Positions 37,720-51,189 of a stretch of DNA of 64,000 bases are shown here, piece by piece. The position numbers and the translations under genes were made by a program. The stretch is from Oopsacas minuta. Its lineage: Eukaryota > Animalia > Porifera. The stretch is taken from assembly GCA_024704765.1 (NCBI GenBank), contig JAKMXF010000296.1:477497-541496 (forward strand). The letters run 5' to 3'. Position 1 is the first letter of the stretch. Every line of letters starts with the position of its first letter. The notes below the pieces were generated by a model, which was not told the DNA's origin, searched no databases, and was given only the letters and a program-made list of their open reading frames with translations.

Positions 37720-39606
37720 CTACTATTGCTTCTATAGATTCTAAAAACTTTTTGGACTACCCTCGTATGGTTGGTAGATGTGGAAATTTGAATCACGTGT
37801 CGCTCATTATGCCACACGTACTGACTTCATTTTTGTCCCAATACAAAATTTTTATGTGTTAATTATGTCATCATTACTCTACAAAAAGATCTAAATTTCC
37901 CGAAAATCGTTTTTGTTGAAATCTTCATATTCATCTATTACGAAGTGCCTTGATATCAAACCAAAAACCACGTGGGAGCTCCAGGGTTGCCAACTATGCC
38001 CTTTTAACTGCATTTGGGTGGAATATGGATAATATATGCTTTAAATTTCTTTGGTATATTCCTGTAGCACGTGGTGCGGTGTATATTCCGTTTCGTAGCT
38101 ACAATCAACACTATTAAATATAGCTGTTTAATCTTTAACTAACAAGAGGTACTAAGTTGTCGCGCAGCGAACTAACAAGCAAAGCACCCTTGTCTTCTCT
38201 GATACAGACATCATTAACTTAGTTTCGTGAGGCATAGCAATGCCGTGCAATTGCATAGCTTGATACCTCTTGTTCCTGTCTTAGGTATTCATTTCCAACA
38301 GTTTTTTTCTACTTCCGATATGCAGTTGTTGTCTTCAAATTCTTCAGTCACTGTATTTCCAATGGAACTAAATCTGGGCAATAGAGGACGCGTTCAGTAT
38401 TTACATAGTTTCTAATAAAAAGTGCAATCATCAAATTCAGGTCATGAACTGTTGTGAACTTTGTGACATTTTAAGAATTTTATGCAGTTTGAATATACAT
38501 CATTAGATAATGAGTAGGGTTGGTTTCGGTTTCCGGTTAACCAGTTAACCGTTGCTATATCCAATTGACTGCTACGAGAATATTTATATTCCGTTAATAG
38601 CCTAGTATCATTTCCAACAATATTTCAGTATTTCTAAGGTTTTTAGTGTTAAGATATATTTATGCACGAAATCAACTAGTTATGTACTTAAGAGAGGATA
38701 TATTTTAGGTCCGTATTCTCAAATTCACAAGTTTTGTAATAGATAATTGCATCTCGATTGCCATAATGTTAAGGAAAATTTTTATATGGTGTCGTCTTTT
38801 TGGCAAGATTCAGTGGTTACTCATACTTTTTGGATCTCAGATCGGTATAGGATTATTTATTTAATTTATCCGTTCTATTGATTAACCTGGGAAACCTTAT
38901 ATGAAATTTTTATGATGATATTATCGGATATAACTTAACAAATAGTATTGTTTTGATTTTTTCAAAGAATCAGGATTTCTATCAACCCTGCCTATAAACA
39001 TTGCTGATGACAACCGTGATTGTACAAAGTTATTTTTCCTATGCCTTGGTGAAGACTGTATTTTACCAATTTATATAGATTATTTTCTTTAGCGGTTTTC
39101 TGCAGGATAGACAAATTTTTCTAACTTGATAATAGTTCTGGTTACTTTGTTTGTTTGATTAGAATGTATTATATATTCCGAAATCGTTACTCGGTTGTAT
39201 AAACCTCGTCGATACTCTGAGATCCTATCAGTCTCGAGGGAGGCTAATCGTACTCAGATTTTAATCGCTCTATGGTGGATCCTATTTGTCTAATTTATAC
39301 AATATGCACACATTTATATATTTAAGTTCTACAATGTAACCTCCACAAATTGGTTGTCTGGAGGGGCAGAAGTTTATTACTCAGCTTTCCGATTGCTTCT
39401 AATTGCCCAATTTATTTAAGTGCATTTGTATGTGAATACTTAATACTTATCTTTAACTACGTTTTCATAAGCCTCATTTGTAGCGGTTCCATATATTCTG
39501 ACCTTTAACAAATCTAGAACTTGTTCTTCCAGTGTATTCAATTTATTAGTAATCCTACTCAATAAGAAGTCATATCATATTCTTTCTTTACCCATTCTTT
39601 TCGTAG

Positions 39607-39907
39607 GTTGTTTTCACCAAAGACGATTTTCTATGGCTACTTCACAATGAAACAACTTTGGAAATATCTGTGAGCAGAATTGTTTCCAATAATGAATCTC
39701 CCGGTGATAGAATCGAATCTTTGTTTCTGTTTGACCCCGAAACTTTTTTCTATATTCTACTTCCACCAATAATATTTTATGCTGGATATAGTATGAAAAA
39801 ACGTCACTTTTTTCGGAACATATTTTCCTTGCTTACATATGCATTCATTGGAACTACTATTTCCACTTTCGTCATTGGTACAATTTTATATTCCTATGTA
39901 TTATTAG
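39607..39907 (+). CDS. SLC9A6/7/9-like: Endosomal Na+/H+ exchanger (NHE6/7/9 clade), internal coding exon
   Basis: TAG| acceptor and |GTGAGT donor; 'FDPETFFYILLPPIIFYAGYSMKKRHFFRNI' matches the NHE6 motif; ends in phase 1. Confidence 0.93.
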
Positions 39908-41354
39908 GTGAGTATCATTTTTAATTTCTATTCAAAGGTGGTTTCACTATTTTGAGGAACTAGTCAATTTGTTTATGTTGTTGCAGCTTGTGTAACTAAA
40001 AATTTCGGAATTTGGCAACAATTACTATTCTTCACTAATCATGGCTGAGGTTGTTTAATCGATTAAACTTTGTTCGATAACTGAGGTTATCCGACCAGCC
40101 GCTAATATCCTTCTTCTGCAAAAGATGATGCCTCATACTAGAATGTATATATTCATCATATCTACTGTATACCATTACTATTTTAGGTTTCTCTGGATGC
40201 AACATCCAGGTTTAGATATGGGCTACTGGCCATAGATAGACAACTATGCAACTAATCGACGCGAAATTATCCATTCACCAGGCGTATATATATCTCAAAC
40301 TATTAACCAGGAAAAGATTAGGACGTCATTTATCAAATTTCAATCTGACCAATCAGTTCACTCTCATTGTAATTTATTTTGATTGCAATTATATTGGTTA
40401 CGATTAAGGCATTAGTCGATCGTGTTGAACAAGATCTCGATTCCGATCTTAGCTGAAATTATGATCAAGATCCATATTTCAATAACGATCGCGATCCCGA
40501 CCTCGATCATTTTTCCAATCCTTTGTATAATATTCAGGACATATATTTTTGATAGTTACATCATTTCTTATGCCAAAAGAAACATAGGAGGAGAATCACC
40601 TCATTCTTCGAACGAGTATTACTGATTGTTGAACACAAATTTGGAATCATTTCCTAAGTATAAACTCGCTAAGGATAGTAGCATACAAAGTATACAAAAA
40701 TGATTAATAATTTGTGTGCAACATATGATCGTACGATTATAATGCCCTACATACCTATGGACTGTTGCGTAATATTTTGAGGCACTGTAAGATACTACCA
40801 TTGATATTGAGCATCTATAATATTTTGAAGCACGATGATATTTTGAATAGAATGCTAGCAAAACCAACAAAACCAATGGGCCATCTATGGCGTATTATAG
40901 CGTGAGAATTAGTAAGAGGTCCTATTTCCCTCCATTGGTTTCCGATATGCTAGGTATTACGTACCTCAGGTGTCGCCAACATGCTTGTGGTTTATGTCCC
41001 AAAAGGCGATTACACCAGGAAGAAGCGAAGCACTCTGGAGTTCGTACGCTCTGAATAAACATTTGACGGTGTCTTATTCATAGAATATCTGGTTTCCACT
41101 TTGAGAGATGAATTTGGGAGGTTATTGTAACGTCATGTCTCGTACTTTAGGTATTTACATTATACCTACCTCAGAATATTATACTTCCTCATTTTAGTAT
41201 AAAACAGGCCTGGATGCATTATGATACCGAATTAGAATTTATCTAAAATGTCGCTTACTTGTTAAAACTGTGTGTAATAAAGAATTATAACCTAGAATAC
41301 TAGAATTTCTATGGTATATGTTCAGTTTCCAAAGACTTTTGTCTCTTTTCAACA

Positions 41355-42065
41355 AATACGAAATTAGCAGCCAATTCAAATATATAATACATGTTCACTT
41401 CAATCATTTATATGACCGACTTTCCGTTTAGCTAAAGAAAACCCTAGTTATTATTCGAAAGTATAGCGTTGGTGGATTACGAAAATGTAATCATATTTGA
41501 ATAATACATATGATGACTTAGCATTGAGGTTTTAAAATTTTCCATTCGTGTCAGCTATTATATGTTATTTACTCGGCTTCTCATTATTATTTTGATACAA
41601 GTTTTCTTCTATATACAATTGAGGGCTGGTGGAGTATGTGTTTAACATTTCTCTCAAAACATGACTACTTTTTTGAATTATTTGATTTTGAAAGGTCCAC
41701 GAAGAATTTAGACTATCGTCACTTCAGTCACTAATTTAACTCACTTGTACTCATCAATCGGGAGTGAGAGTGGTAGGAGATTAATCATATCCTCCATAAA
41801 GTAGGGTCGGTTCAAACTCATGTTTCTCACTCTAAATCCGGGTGAAATACAATCATTTTTATGTTGATTGATACTTGAGATAAAGATATTTATAATATTA
41901 TGATATTATTCGTGAAACACTACAAATTATCACGGCCTGCATAAATTGATAAATTCTCAGGTTTTTTGTATATTACCAATTCTAACTTTCAGATCATTTC
42001 AGAAAGTTATTTCTCATCACAACCGCTTCAAAATATATCGATGCCTTCTTTCATAACATATAATT
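41355..42065 (+). repeat. Left arm of a diverged ~700-bp inverted repeat pair (dispersed repeat family)
   Basis: Aligns by eye to the reverse complement of ~45835-46790 (e.g. GAAAGTATAGCGTTGG.GGAT.ACGAAAATGT; TAGGGTC.GTTCAA.CTCATG; CACGGCCTGCA). An older related copy lies at ~21320-21480. Confidence 0.75.
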
Positions 42066-43339
42066 TAATTTCCTTAAGAAGAACTTGGGTTGCTATTAGT
42101 TTTTTATCATTTGGTCGTAATATATTTTGAAGGGCCCATTTCATTTTGAGTCAATGCTAAACTTATTCTTGTCCATACAAGTAAATACGTACGTACTAGT
42201 AACATTTGCGTCAATTTCATTGTTTTTTTCTTCGGAACTAACCTATCTAATTTATCCTAGCACAAAATCACTTATTCTCATATATTGATGGATATTTAAG
42301 TTGTAAGTAAACTGTAGCTGAGTGTTCAATATCAGATTATCATTTTGATATCTATATTGACACTTGAATTCGAGTTACGAGATAATATGTTTCTCCATGT
42401 GGCCATCATTTACCTCTGATTTAACCGTGTATAAAATTTAGAAGAGTTGATTTCATTAATTGTATTGATCAAGATAATTCTGAAGATAAACACTTTATTT
42501 CTTCAATACATCTGAAGTTCAGTTGTGTAGATGGCGCAAAATTCTATGGTCTATCTAATGCTGGAAATATATCTGGATTTTGCAATTCACTGATTAACGT
42601 CTTATTGATCAGTGTTTTCACTTCATTAATGCATCACAGGCGCTTATAACAATAGCTTTGTTGAGTGTTGTCGACTGTTAGTTTTGTGGTTAGTTCTAGC
42701 ACAACCTGGTCATAGTTTAGTTTATCAATTGTTTGATAAAATTATGTCTGTTAAATGGAGAAATTTTGAGCATTACATTAGTTGGTTATTCGAATATACG
42801 AATGAATTCGTACTAATAGTATTTCCTGGTTACAAAATGTTTATTCTAAATACCTTGTTCGTGTTGAATGTTAGTTAAGGAACCAATTCCCCGGATCCCC
42901 TTCCCCAGGCTCACAATCAAAAGTGTAATGTAGAAAGTGAACAAGTTTTCGATACAATGTTAGTGGTCAGCTCTGGAGTTGACTTTGAGATTAAAAGTTG
43001 TGAATCTGTAGAATTTTATCTCGAAGTGACATAGTGAGATAGTTTGTGCATTACCGAATCGAACCTTGGAATGTCATCAATCAGTAATTGGATGAATGTA
43101 TTTCTTCTAATTTTCATGATGTAAGCTATATGTGTGTTTTGAAGTTTACCAATTCAACTAATTTTCAATTTTCAGTTATTTTGGGATAATTGTTTTTTAG
43201 AAATTAGGATTTGCTAAGAGGGGCCTCAAAACTGATTAAGCTAGAGGTCCACACATAGTAGTTCTGGTACTGTCTAGACCAGAGTGTAATTGCTTAATTG
43301 TAGACAATATGTATTTTCTATTGAGGACAAGAAATATTA

Positions 43340-44386
43340 TAGTAGTCGTATAGTGGTCAAGTAATATTCTGAAGGATCTCTTTCTCTTCATCTCTCCAAA
43401 CAGCCAGTAGTCGCTGGGAGCCAGGTCTGGACTATACGGGGGATGAGGGAGACATTCGTATCCTAAGTCGTCAACTTGCCTCGCCTCTCACGTTTACTTA
43501 CTTGACGCAATTCTTTCAATTCGTCAACGTAATAATCACTGTTTATGGTTGTCTTCTTAGGCAACCAGTCGAGGTGTATAATTTCTTCCCTATCCCAAAA
43601 TACTGTTGCCATTCTCTTCCCAGCTGATTTTGCAGCCTCTAACTCGATGGGTAGAGCTTCATCACGTCTCTTCCACTGCTTCGATTGAGTTTTGCTCTCT
43701 GGTTCATAATAATGAAACCAAGTTTCATCCTCCGTTACTATACGATCCAAAAAGTCTTCCTCTGCCTTGTATCTTGAAACTAATTCTTTGCCAACTTTGA
43801 CCCTTTCGCGTTTTCGTTCTTTTGAAAGATGTTTTGAGACCCAACTCACAGTTACCTTCGACATTTCCAGATCTTCAATGATAATCGAGTGTAGTTTGGC
43901 TTTTGATATACCTATCCTCTCTTCTAACTCTCGCAGGGTTATTCGTCTGTCCTCACCCACAATTGTTTGGACCCTCTCGATATTACTGCTGGTTTTTGAG
44001 GAAGTCGGACGAGCTAGACGAGGGTCATCGTGGAGTTCCTCATCGCCATTATCAAAATGTTCGATCCATCTATATATGGTAGCTTTCAAGGGATATTCAT
44101 CACCGAAACTATTCTGCATTTCACGAAGAATGTATGAGCCAGTCTTCCCCTTTTTCCACAGGTCCAAATATTTTGTCGTTGTCCTTCTTTGCTAAAATCC
44201 ATTATTTGACAAAAGTAACCTAGACAAATGAAACTTTTACTGAAGAATATGCTAGTAGAGTAAAGAGTATATTGTATCGAAGTTCGAGCATCAAGTTATG
44301 CTTGTAATCTGATATTAGTCTTAGAGCTGTATTAACTAGAATATGAATTCGATACACTAGTCTCATTACTTATTGAACAACGTTTG
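43340..44386 (-). mobile_element. mariner element with internal deletion
   Basis: Terminus TA|CAAACGTTGTTCAATAAGTAATG. ATG at 44202, then a frameshift into ORF 43463-44167 (HTH, 'IVTEDETWFHYYEPE'). A deletion fuses 'RGKLT' to 'DDLGYECLPHPPYSPDLAPSDYWLF', removing the HDNA (second Asp) segment. 3' TIR not found. Confidence 0.9.
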
Positions 44387-44741
44387 TAAATGCAATTATG
44401 TGAATTCTTATGAACTTTCTGTTTATGGCACAGGTGCTGGTTCCCTATGACAAATTACAAGTCGTATGTGTAGCAAATGTATGAATATTTAGATGTTTAG
44501 ACAATAGTAAGAATCATACATGGCAACCTATGTTTCTCATTGTGTTACAATTTCAAACATGTGCAGTAAGTTGCAATAGAGAAGAAATTGAAATCATTCA
44601 TTGCAGAATTTATACTGAGATTTATATATCCCTTAGTGATAATTTCTAGAATAGCTCTGAATCCTACCTCTAAATTTATCTCTTTGAACCATCTTGAGGG
44701 AGAAATTCTATAATATGAGAGTGGTATCTACGCTTAAATAT

Positions 44742-45536
44742 CGGATACCGACATCTCGCTACACGACATTTCGTTACACGACATTTCGCTACTTATTTGA
44801 TTGGTCAATTTTAATTATTATTTATAATTAAATTATTCCCCTTAAATATTATAAAATCTACCCTTGTAGAATCCCAGTTATAGTTTAGATTCTTGTAAAG
44901 CCGTTCAAAGTATTACGTCTAGATGCATACAAGATGAATACTTTTCGAATATATCCGGAAGGTTGGTGCTGGAGTTATGACGGTCTATAGAAGTACTGTG
45001 AACACCAAAAGGCGTTTTCACGCTTGCCTCCAGCAATTGGTCGCCCCACTAGTTCATGGTCAGCAAAGCGACCTTGAATTCCAAGAAAATATTGCTGTCG
45101 TTTGTAATTTTGAAAATAGAGTAAAATGCTCTGACTAAGATAGATGAAAGTTATTTTAGGATTCATATATATGGTTCATCATGAGCAGATTATACTGCTC
45201 ATGATGAATCATATATACGAATCCTAAAATAACTTTCATCTATCTTAGTCAGAGCATTTTACCCTATCAGGGAAACTATACAAGTTTGGCCTTAGAAATT
45301 CACAGTTGATACATTGAAATTCCTATATTATTATCGAATCCTTATTTCAAGAACAATTTATGAGTATTATTTAACTCTACTTAGAATTGTATATTGATAT
45401 CTGAGTACTTTATTTATTTTTCAAACCGTTAAACTACTTTAAAATTTGATTTAAAATAATAATTAAAATTGACCAATCAAATAAGTAGCGAAATGTCGTG
45501 TAACAAAATGTCGCTGTAGCGAAATGTCGGACTTCC
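44742..45536. mobile_element. MULE-type non-autonomous element with repetitive long TIRs
   Basis: Perfect 9-bp TSD CTTAAATAT (44733-44741, 45537-45545). ~80-bp TIRs built from GACATTTCG(C/T)TACAC units plus ATTTGATTGGTCAATTTTAATT; related to the TIRs of 3286-4035. Confidence 0.9.
45121..45262. repeat. 142-bp near-perfect palindrome (68-bp arms, 6-nt loop)
   Basis: Arms 45121-45188 and 45195-45262 are reverse complements with 2 mismatches; loop ATTATA. Confidence 0.95.
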
Positions 45537-45834
45537 CTTAAATATTACTCATCTGTGATATTTCACAATAATTATTGTATATTAACTCATTTTGTGTGTA
45601 GATTAACTGCAAAGAAGTCCCTAAAATTATGTATATATTGAAACAAGTGGCAATGGGAACTAAAACAAGTATGACGATTTGACTTCCTATACGTACTAAT
45701 GATCTAAACAAGTGCTGTAAAGTCTTACGAATAGTCTACGCAACAATTATAGTGAAGAAACTGAGGAAAATTAAGGAATAGAAAATGAAAATATTTAAAA
45801 AATCATGAATAATTTCCTAGTGACTCCCTAGGAA

Positions 45835-46790
45835 ATTGAATTATAAGATACGAAAGAATGTATCTATAATTTTGAAGGGGTTCTGTAAGGAATTGCTTGA
45901 AGAATTGGTCTCAAAGTTTGATCTGTTGATACACAAAAATCTGAGAATTTATCGATGTTTGCAGGCCGTGCTAGTGATAATTAGTATTGTTTTTCGAAAA
46001 TATCGATATTTTTTAAACGTCTATATCTCAACTATCAATTAGCATAAATATATTTGAAATTCCTTCGGATTTAAAGTAAGAATCATGAGTTGAACTGACC
46101 CTAGATTTTGTAGATTATGATTCATCTCTAGCAATCCTAGTCCGAATGAAAATTTGAATTCCTCTATCTCCGCCAGTTGTTGATAATTTTAATTAAATTT
46201 CCGTCCATATCATTACAGTATGCATATATATTTTCAGGATCGAATTCTGACTTTTAAGTGGGTTAATTCAAGGGAGTCATGAACTATAAATTTTAGCCAC
46301 AAAACTAACTAAAAGTGAATCTTTTAAAATCAAAACATATTTTTTATAACGTTCAACTCTCCTCTTTCCAATGTTACTGATTTTGTTTAAATCTGATGAG
46401 TATAAGTGAGCCAAATTAGTGACTGAACTGACCCTAGTTTAACTTCTTCGTAGACTTTCCAGAATCAAATATTTTAATATGTTATTAATTTTTTTGAGAG
46501 AAATTTTTGATACATAATCCACCAGCCCTCAATAGTATGTAGGAGAAAATTTGTGCCATAATATTTTTGACAAACAGGGCAAATATTACATTATAGTTGG
46601 CACAAATTGAAAATTTTCTAAACCCCAATGCTAAGTTATCACCTATTATTACAATTCTGATGACATTTTCGTGATCCGCCAACGCTATACTTTCGGATAA
46701 TAACAATTTTATTCTTAGCTAAACCGAAAGGCGGTGAAATAAACAATTGAAGTGAACACGTTTTTCCATTAATTTGTAGCTAACTTCTTC
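45835..46790 (-). repeat. Right arm of the diverged inverted repeat pair (with ~290-bp insert at ~46104-46390)
   Basis: Reverse-complement similarity to ~41355-42065. Confidence 0.75.
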
Positions 46791-47365
46791 TCTTTTCATA
46801 CACTTTTCCCCACTGAAATACATTTGATGAGTAGTGAACATGGGTTCTTAACTACCCATTATGTTCAACAAACCATACATTACTTGACAAATACTAACAT
46901 TAAATATATAAATCAATCCAGAAGATGTAGAAGCAGCTGTTCTAATGCAGGAGAGGACTCTTCGAATTCTAAGAATTGGCTCAATTCTTAAATCTTTCTC
47001 CTTATTTGATTTAGATTTCTGAGTAACATAATTTGAATGTTGGTTATCAAGGTCCTAGTCTATAATTAATTTTGTCCGCTAAATTTGAGAATGTAAACAT
47101 TTCGCTCATTAATCTATCATGTTTGGTAAACACTCTATTGATCATATTTTCACACTTTTTGCATCTGCTAGATATTTTGTTTTAGCTTTTTTTCAGGCTT
47201 ATTGGGATGTAAGTTCGAGTTTTGATATTTTATAATCTATTACTCAATGTCTGGTAGTCCCAATCTGTCGGTCAGGCTCTTATCCTATTCAGTTTGTTCA
47301 TTGTTTTTATTTTGTTTAGTTTTGGCCCTTAAACTTATATTTTGTTATGTTTACATTTCCTGCAG

Positions 47366-47617
47366 GTTTTGAGACTTTCCCTGATGATTTCAATATTTTA
47401 CATGGCCTATTATTCGGCTCATTAATTAGTGCGACTGATCCTGTTACTGTTTTGGCTATATTTCACGACCTTCACGTTGATGTTGATTTGTATGCTCTTG
47501 TATTCGGCGAAAGTGTAATGAATGATGCTGTTGCAATTGTGTTGTATCGTTCAATTGACCAATTTGAGGAAGATTTTAATAGTGAATTTGTTTGGTGGCA
47601 AATATTGGTAAGCATCG
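47366..47617 (+). CDS. SLC9A6/7/9-like: Endosomal Na+/H+ exchanger, internal coding exon
   Basis: CAG| acceptor and |GTATGT donor; '[44 protein letters not shown]' is the CPA1 core with the ND motif; phase 1-1, 252 nt. Confidence 0.95.
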
Positions 47618-49837
47618 GTATGTTTCAAATATCCTCCCTTTGTATATATTTATATATCATTTCTACAACTACTATATCATATTACACTCTTAGAATTTCG
47701 CATATTTTATTTACTTCCCATCGTTTATACTATATATTAATAATTACATATTCCGTGATGATTCTATGCTATTACTCCACTGAAATCTAACTTTTGAGCA
47801 ATATATTTCTATATCTATAATATTTAAACACAATTTTCCGTAACTGTATATATATATAGATTTGTATGTTGGGAATTTATTGAAACCTGGAAAAACTGCC
47901 ATGGGTGATTTTTGGCATACAGAGGTATTTTGGTCTTGGCCGAAGATTCAGACACATGACCAAATTATCTCCTAATTGTCATCTTTTTGGATTTTCGAAT
48001 AATCACATTTTATTTTATCACTAATGTGAAATTATGGCACTTAGTGTCCAAGTGACTAGCAAAGGGGAGAAGCACACCCTTATCCTATCCAGTTTAGACT
48101 ACAAGGCTTTTACTGAGAAAATAATATATTAGGCAACCATTTCGATACTGGGGCACTATACTAAAGTATAGTCGCACAGTGAATATCTCCCGAAAGCTGT
48201 ACAACCTTTTATCTCATGTTTGGAGGAGACTTTGATTCATCCAAAATTCTAAGTAATATCACTTCTCCAACTATTCCAGCTTGAACACATAAAAGCCAAA
48301 GCTGATGTCTCGGATGCAGATGGATGCAAATGAATCTGGTCTATTTGACTTTCCTATAATTGATAAAGAATAGATGAATGGATGACTATAATTCAAAGCA
48401 TCTAGGCTAGTCACAAAGTTTAATAGAAAACATAAGACAGCAAAGCAAAAGACAACAGGTGAGCAATGATGAAGTCCATTCTCGTTGTGATCTAAATGGT
48501 GGAATTTCAAACACCAATTTCTTACTTCAAAAAGTTGAATAATCGAGGCAAATATGAAATTGTATATAGATAAGGAAAATACCTGGAAAGGAACTAATTT
48601 ATTGCTTCCTCAATTATATCTATTCTTAGGTTAAATCACAGTTACTTGTATTTAATATTTGCATCATTACAAACTGACGTGATAGACATAATATTTGAAA
48701 TTTCAATTTTGGTCAGGGAATCTGTTAAACGAAGTTGTAATATATCGTGGTGCCTTTCGTCACGAACGCGTCACTTCGGGCTTAATCGGTTATAGTAGAG
48801 AAATTGAAACATTGACGTGTCATTAAGTAGTGATCGTGGGGATTTGAGGCTGCATTCTGCTCCGAACAGACGGTCATAATATACAAAGTGAGAGAACTTC
48901 GAAATCTTAGATTGATGGAAATTGCCTCTCAAAAAAAGTCACTACTTTATAGCTAATGAAATACAAAAATCATGGAGAAAAAAATCAAAAACAGTCAATA
49001 GAAATTAACACATTAAGGAATTTGGTAATTATTAGCAATTAATTGATTTTTGACAGAAAATCCTTGTTATGTGCAAAAATTTGCTGAATTAAATTCAAAA
49101 TTACCAGTATTGTTCCCAGTTTTTAGAGACAAATATCAAGAAATTTCGAATAACATTCTATCTAACATTATGAAAATAAATTTGGAAATTTTCCAACCAA
49201 ATTCAATAAAGATAAGTACGAATTGCCCAGTTATAGGGAAATATCTGCAATTGCTGATTTCATTATAAATATATTTGGGAAAACATTCGAGAGACTTTGT
49301 CTCTGCTTGTTCTATTAACTGAATACTGCCGGATAAATGGGTCACATAAGTTGACCCATGACCGATATGACACATGGGTCACTTACACATTGAATTATGA
49401 CACTGATATGCAAAATTGTAAAAAATTTTTATGATTAAATAAAAATAGCTGAAATTGAAGAATTTGAAGGGATTGTTTTTTGAATGGGTTAAGTATGTAT
49501 TCACAACAGGTCTAGAATTTGTAATTTTCTGGTTGGAAGATTGCACCAATATGCGATTTAATATATGAAATTAAACATACATTTATGTTTATTACCAGCA
49601 AATCATACTATATTAACTATCACTAGTGCACTATACTTCCTTGTGCTACGCGGATTCTAACACTTTGTGTCCGTAGTCGGCCTTCGGCCCTCGCTTAGGA
49701 CTATTCGTTTATGTGATATTCGGAATCAGCGTACTCGATTACCCCACAATAACCGTTGAAACCACGTTTCTAGGATAATTTTGAAATTTGTTTACTTTTT
49801 GGTTATTTTATATTCATATAAACAACTTTAATTTGTA

Positions 49838-50327
49838 CAGTGGAACCTGCATAATTCGGCACCTCTGTAATCCGGAATTTCGCTAAGCCGACATTATTTC
49901 TCTTCACGGATAGTTTTTGTATAAAAACAATCTCAATAATCCGGAACCTCGCTACTTCGTAATCCAATATTTTAATGATGATCAAGTAATATAAATTCGA
50001 CCTCTATAAACCGACAACTTAGCGATTTAGCATTAATTTTATCTGAGATGTACATATTTCAGCAAATTTCGGATTATGGAGGCGATTTTATCTTCATAAT
50101 CCAAAATTATCGTTTACAATGTAAATATAGTATACTGCATCTTTGATATTTGGAAACCATATGTCTTGTATTTTACTTGAGTATATACAAGAGGACACCT
50201 GTATAATCCGACATTTTCTTCGTTCTCAACAAATGTCGGATTACGGAGGTTACTCGATAATCCGACATTTGCTGATCAGAGATTTTCTTCGTTTCCCAAC
50301 GAGTGTCGGATTATGCAGGTTCCACTG
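49838..50327. mobile_element. pogo/Tigger-type MITE (490 bp)
   Basis: TA|CAGTGGAACCTGCATAAT(T/C)CG(G/A)CAC termini with TA TSD; repeated TAATCCG(G/A) subterminal motifs. Confidence 0.92.
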
Positions 50328-50329
50328 TA

Positions 50330-50377
50330 GTCCTGCGGCACCAAGTGGGGCCGCGGACCACCGATTGGGAACCACTG
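50330..50377. mobile_element. Solo 3' end of a Charlie/Buster-type hAT MITE
   Basis: ...GGGGCCGCGGACCACCGATTGGGAACCACTG; no matching left end found. Confidence 0.5.
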
Positions 50378-51189
50378 GATCTTAACCCATTATGTGTTTG
50401 ATAGGGTAGTACGATTAATTTTGATCCGAGAGTGACATTATCAAATATTCCGAACAGTTGAATTGTCGAACAAAATACCTCATCACATTCAAATGGCATG
50501 TGCACCAACATTTTTGAGACAGATTACATGATTTAACCGAACTCTAATTATAAAAATCCTACAATCTTGTGTCCAAGCAATGATAAAATTAAATATTTAA
50601 ATAGTGTCAATTCGGTTGTTGGATATCGTAATTCTCTAAAAATGCCCCCGGCGCTAGTATTTCAGTGGGAAACTTTCTATCCAAAAATTGCGTCAATTTG
50701 AAAACATAAAAGATTTAGGGAAACTATTATGACAATTTATAGCTGGGTAAATGTGGATACATTGCAATAAAATATTGCTCCAAAGGGTAGTAATTTTGTA
50801 TTCACTAGTTTCAGTATCTTTGTATCCCAGTTGCCTAATCAGAGAATGTAATTAAATATTAACAGTTTTTTGGTTTTTGTATTTTAGAATTTTAGTTTAG
50901 AACATGTCATATCGAGAGTATTTACTCCCTTTCTGAAACAATTAGAAAGTTTGTATATAATCTGTGGACGCCTTGTAACATAACTCCATTTGCATCCCGT
51001 TAGGTTTGAACGCAACAAGATTGAAGTTTAATTTCTAACGTATACATTCATGAAATATTAATTAGATATACATACTATTATAGTTTATATATCGAAATTC
51101 ATTTATCATTCAGCCAAAACACAACCTCAAATACACGTAATAGCAATCGAAAGATTCTAGTACCCGTATAGTCCTATTCTGCCAATATA

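Larger units (their letters stand above)
33496..37765 (+). mobile_element. mariner (DD34D) element split by a Transib insertion
   Basis: TA|CGAGGGTCGTTCAAAAAGTTTTTAG ... CTAAAAACTTTTTGGACTACCCTCG|TA (25 bp, 2 mismatches). Motifs 'HHDNA' and 'HPSYSP' in ORF 34176-34499; the C-terminus 'WFRRMDLCIQSSSIYFEKL' resumes after 37598. Net length about 1.23 kb. Confidence 0.92.

Noticed and set aside
43767-44195. Antisense or overlapping ORFs (e.g. 791-1054, 12318-12581, 27770-27967, 36359-36661, 43767-44195)
   Set aside because: Shadow ORFs on the opposite strand of transposase or other coding sequence; no independent motifs.
49620-49740. GC hairpins (TCGGCCTTCGGCC; also ~38160, ~55070-55310, ~63270) resembling Helentron/HINE-type repeats
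   Set aside because: Subterminal inverted repeats and ends could not be defined; not enough to call, and not tRNA-like.
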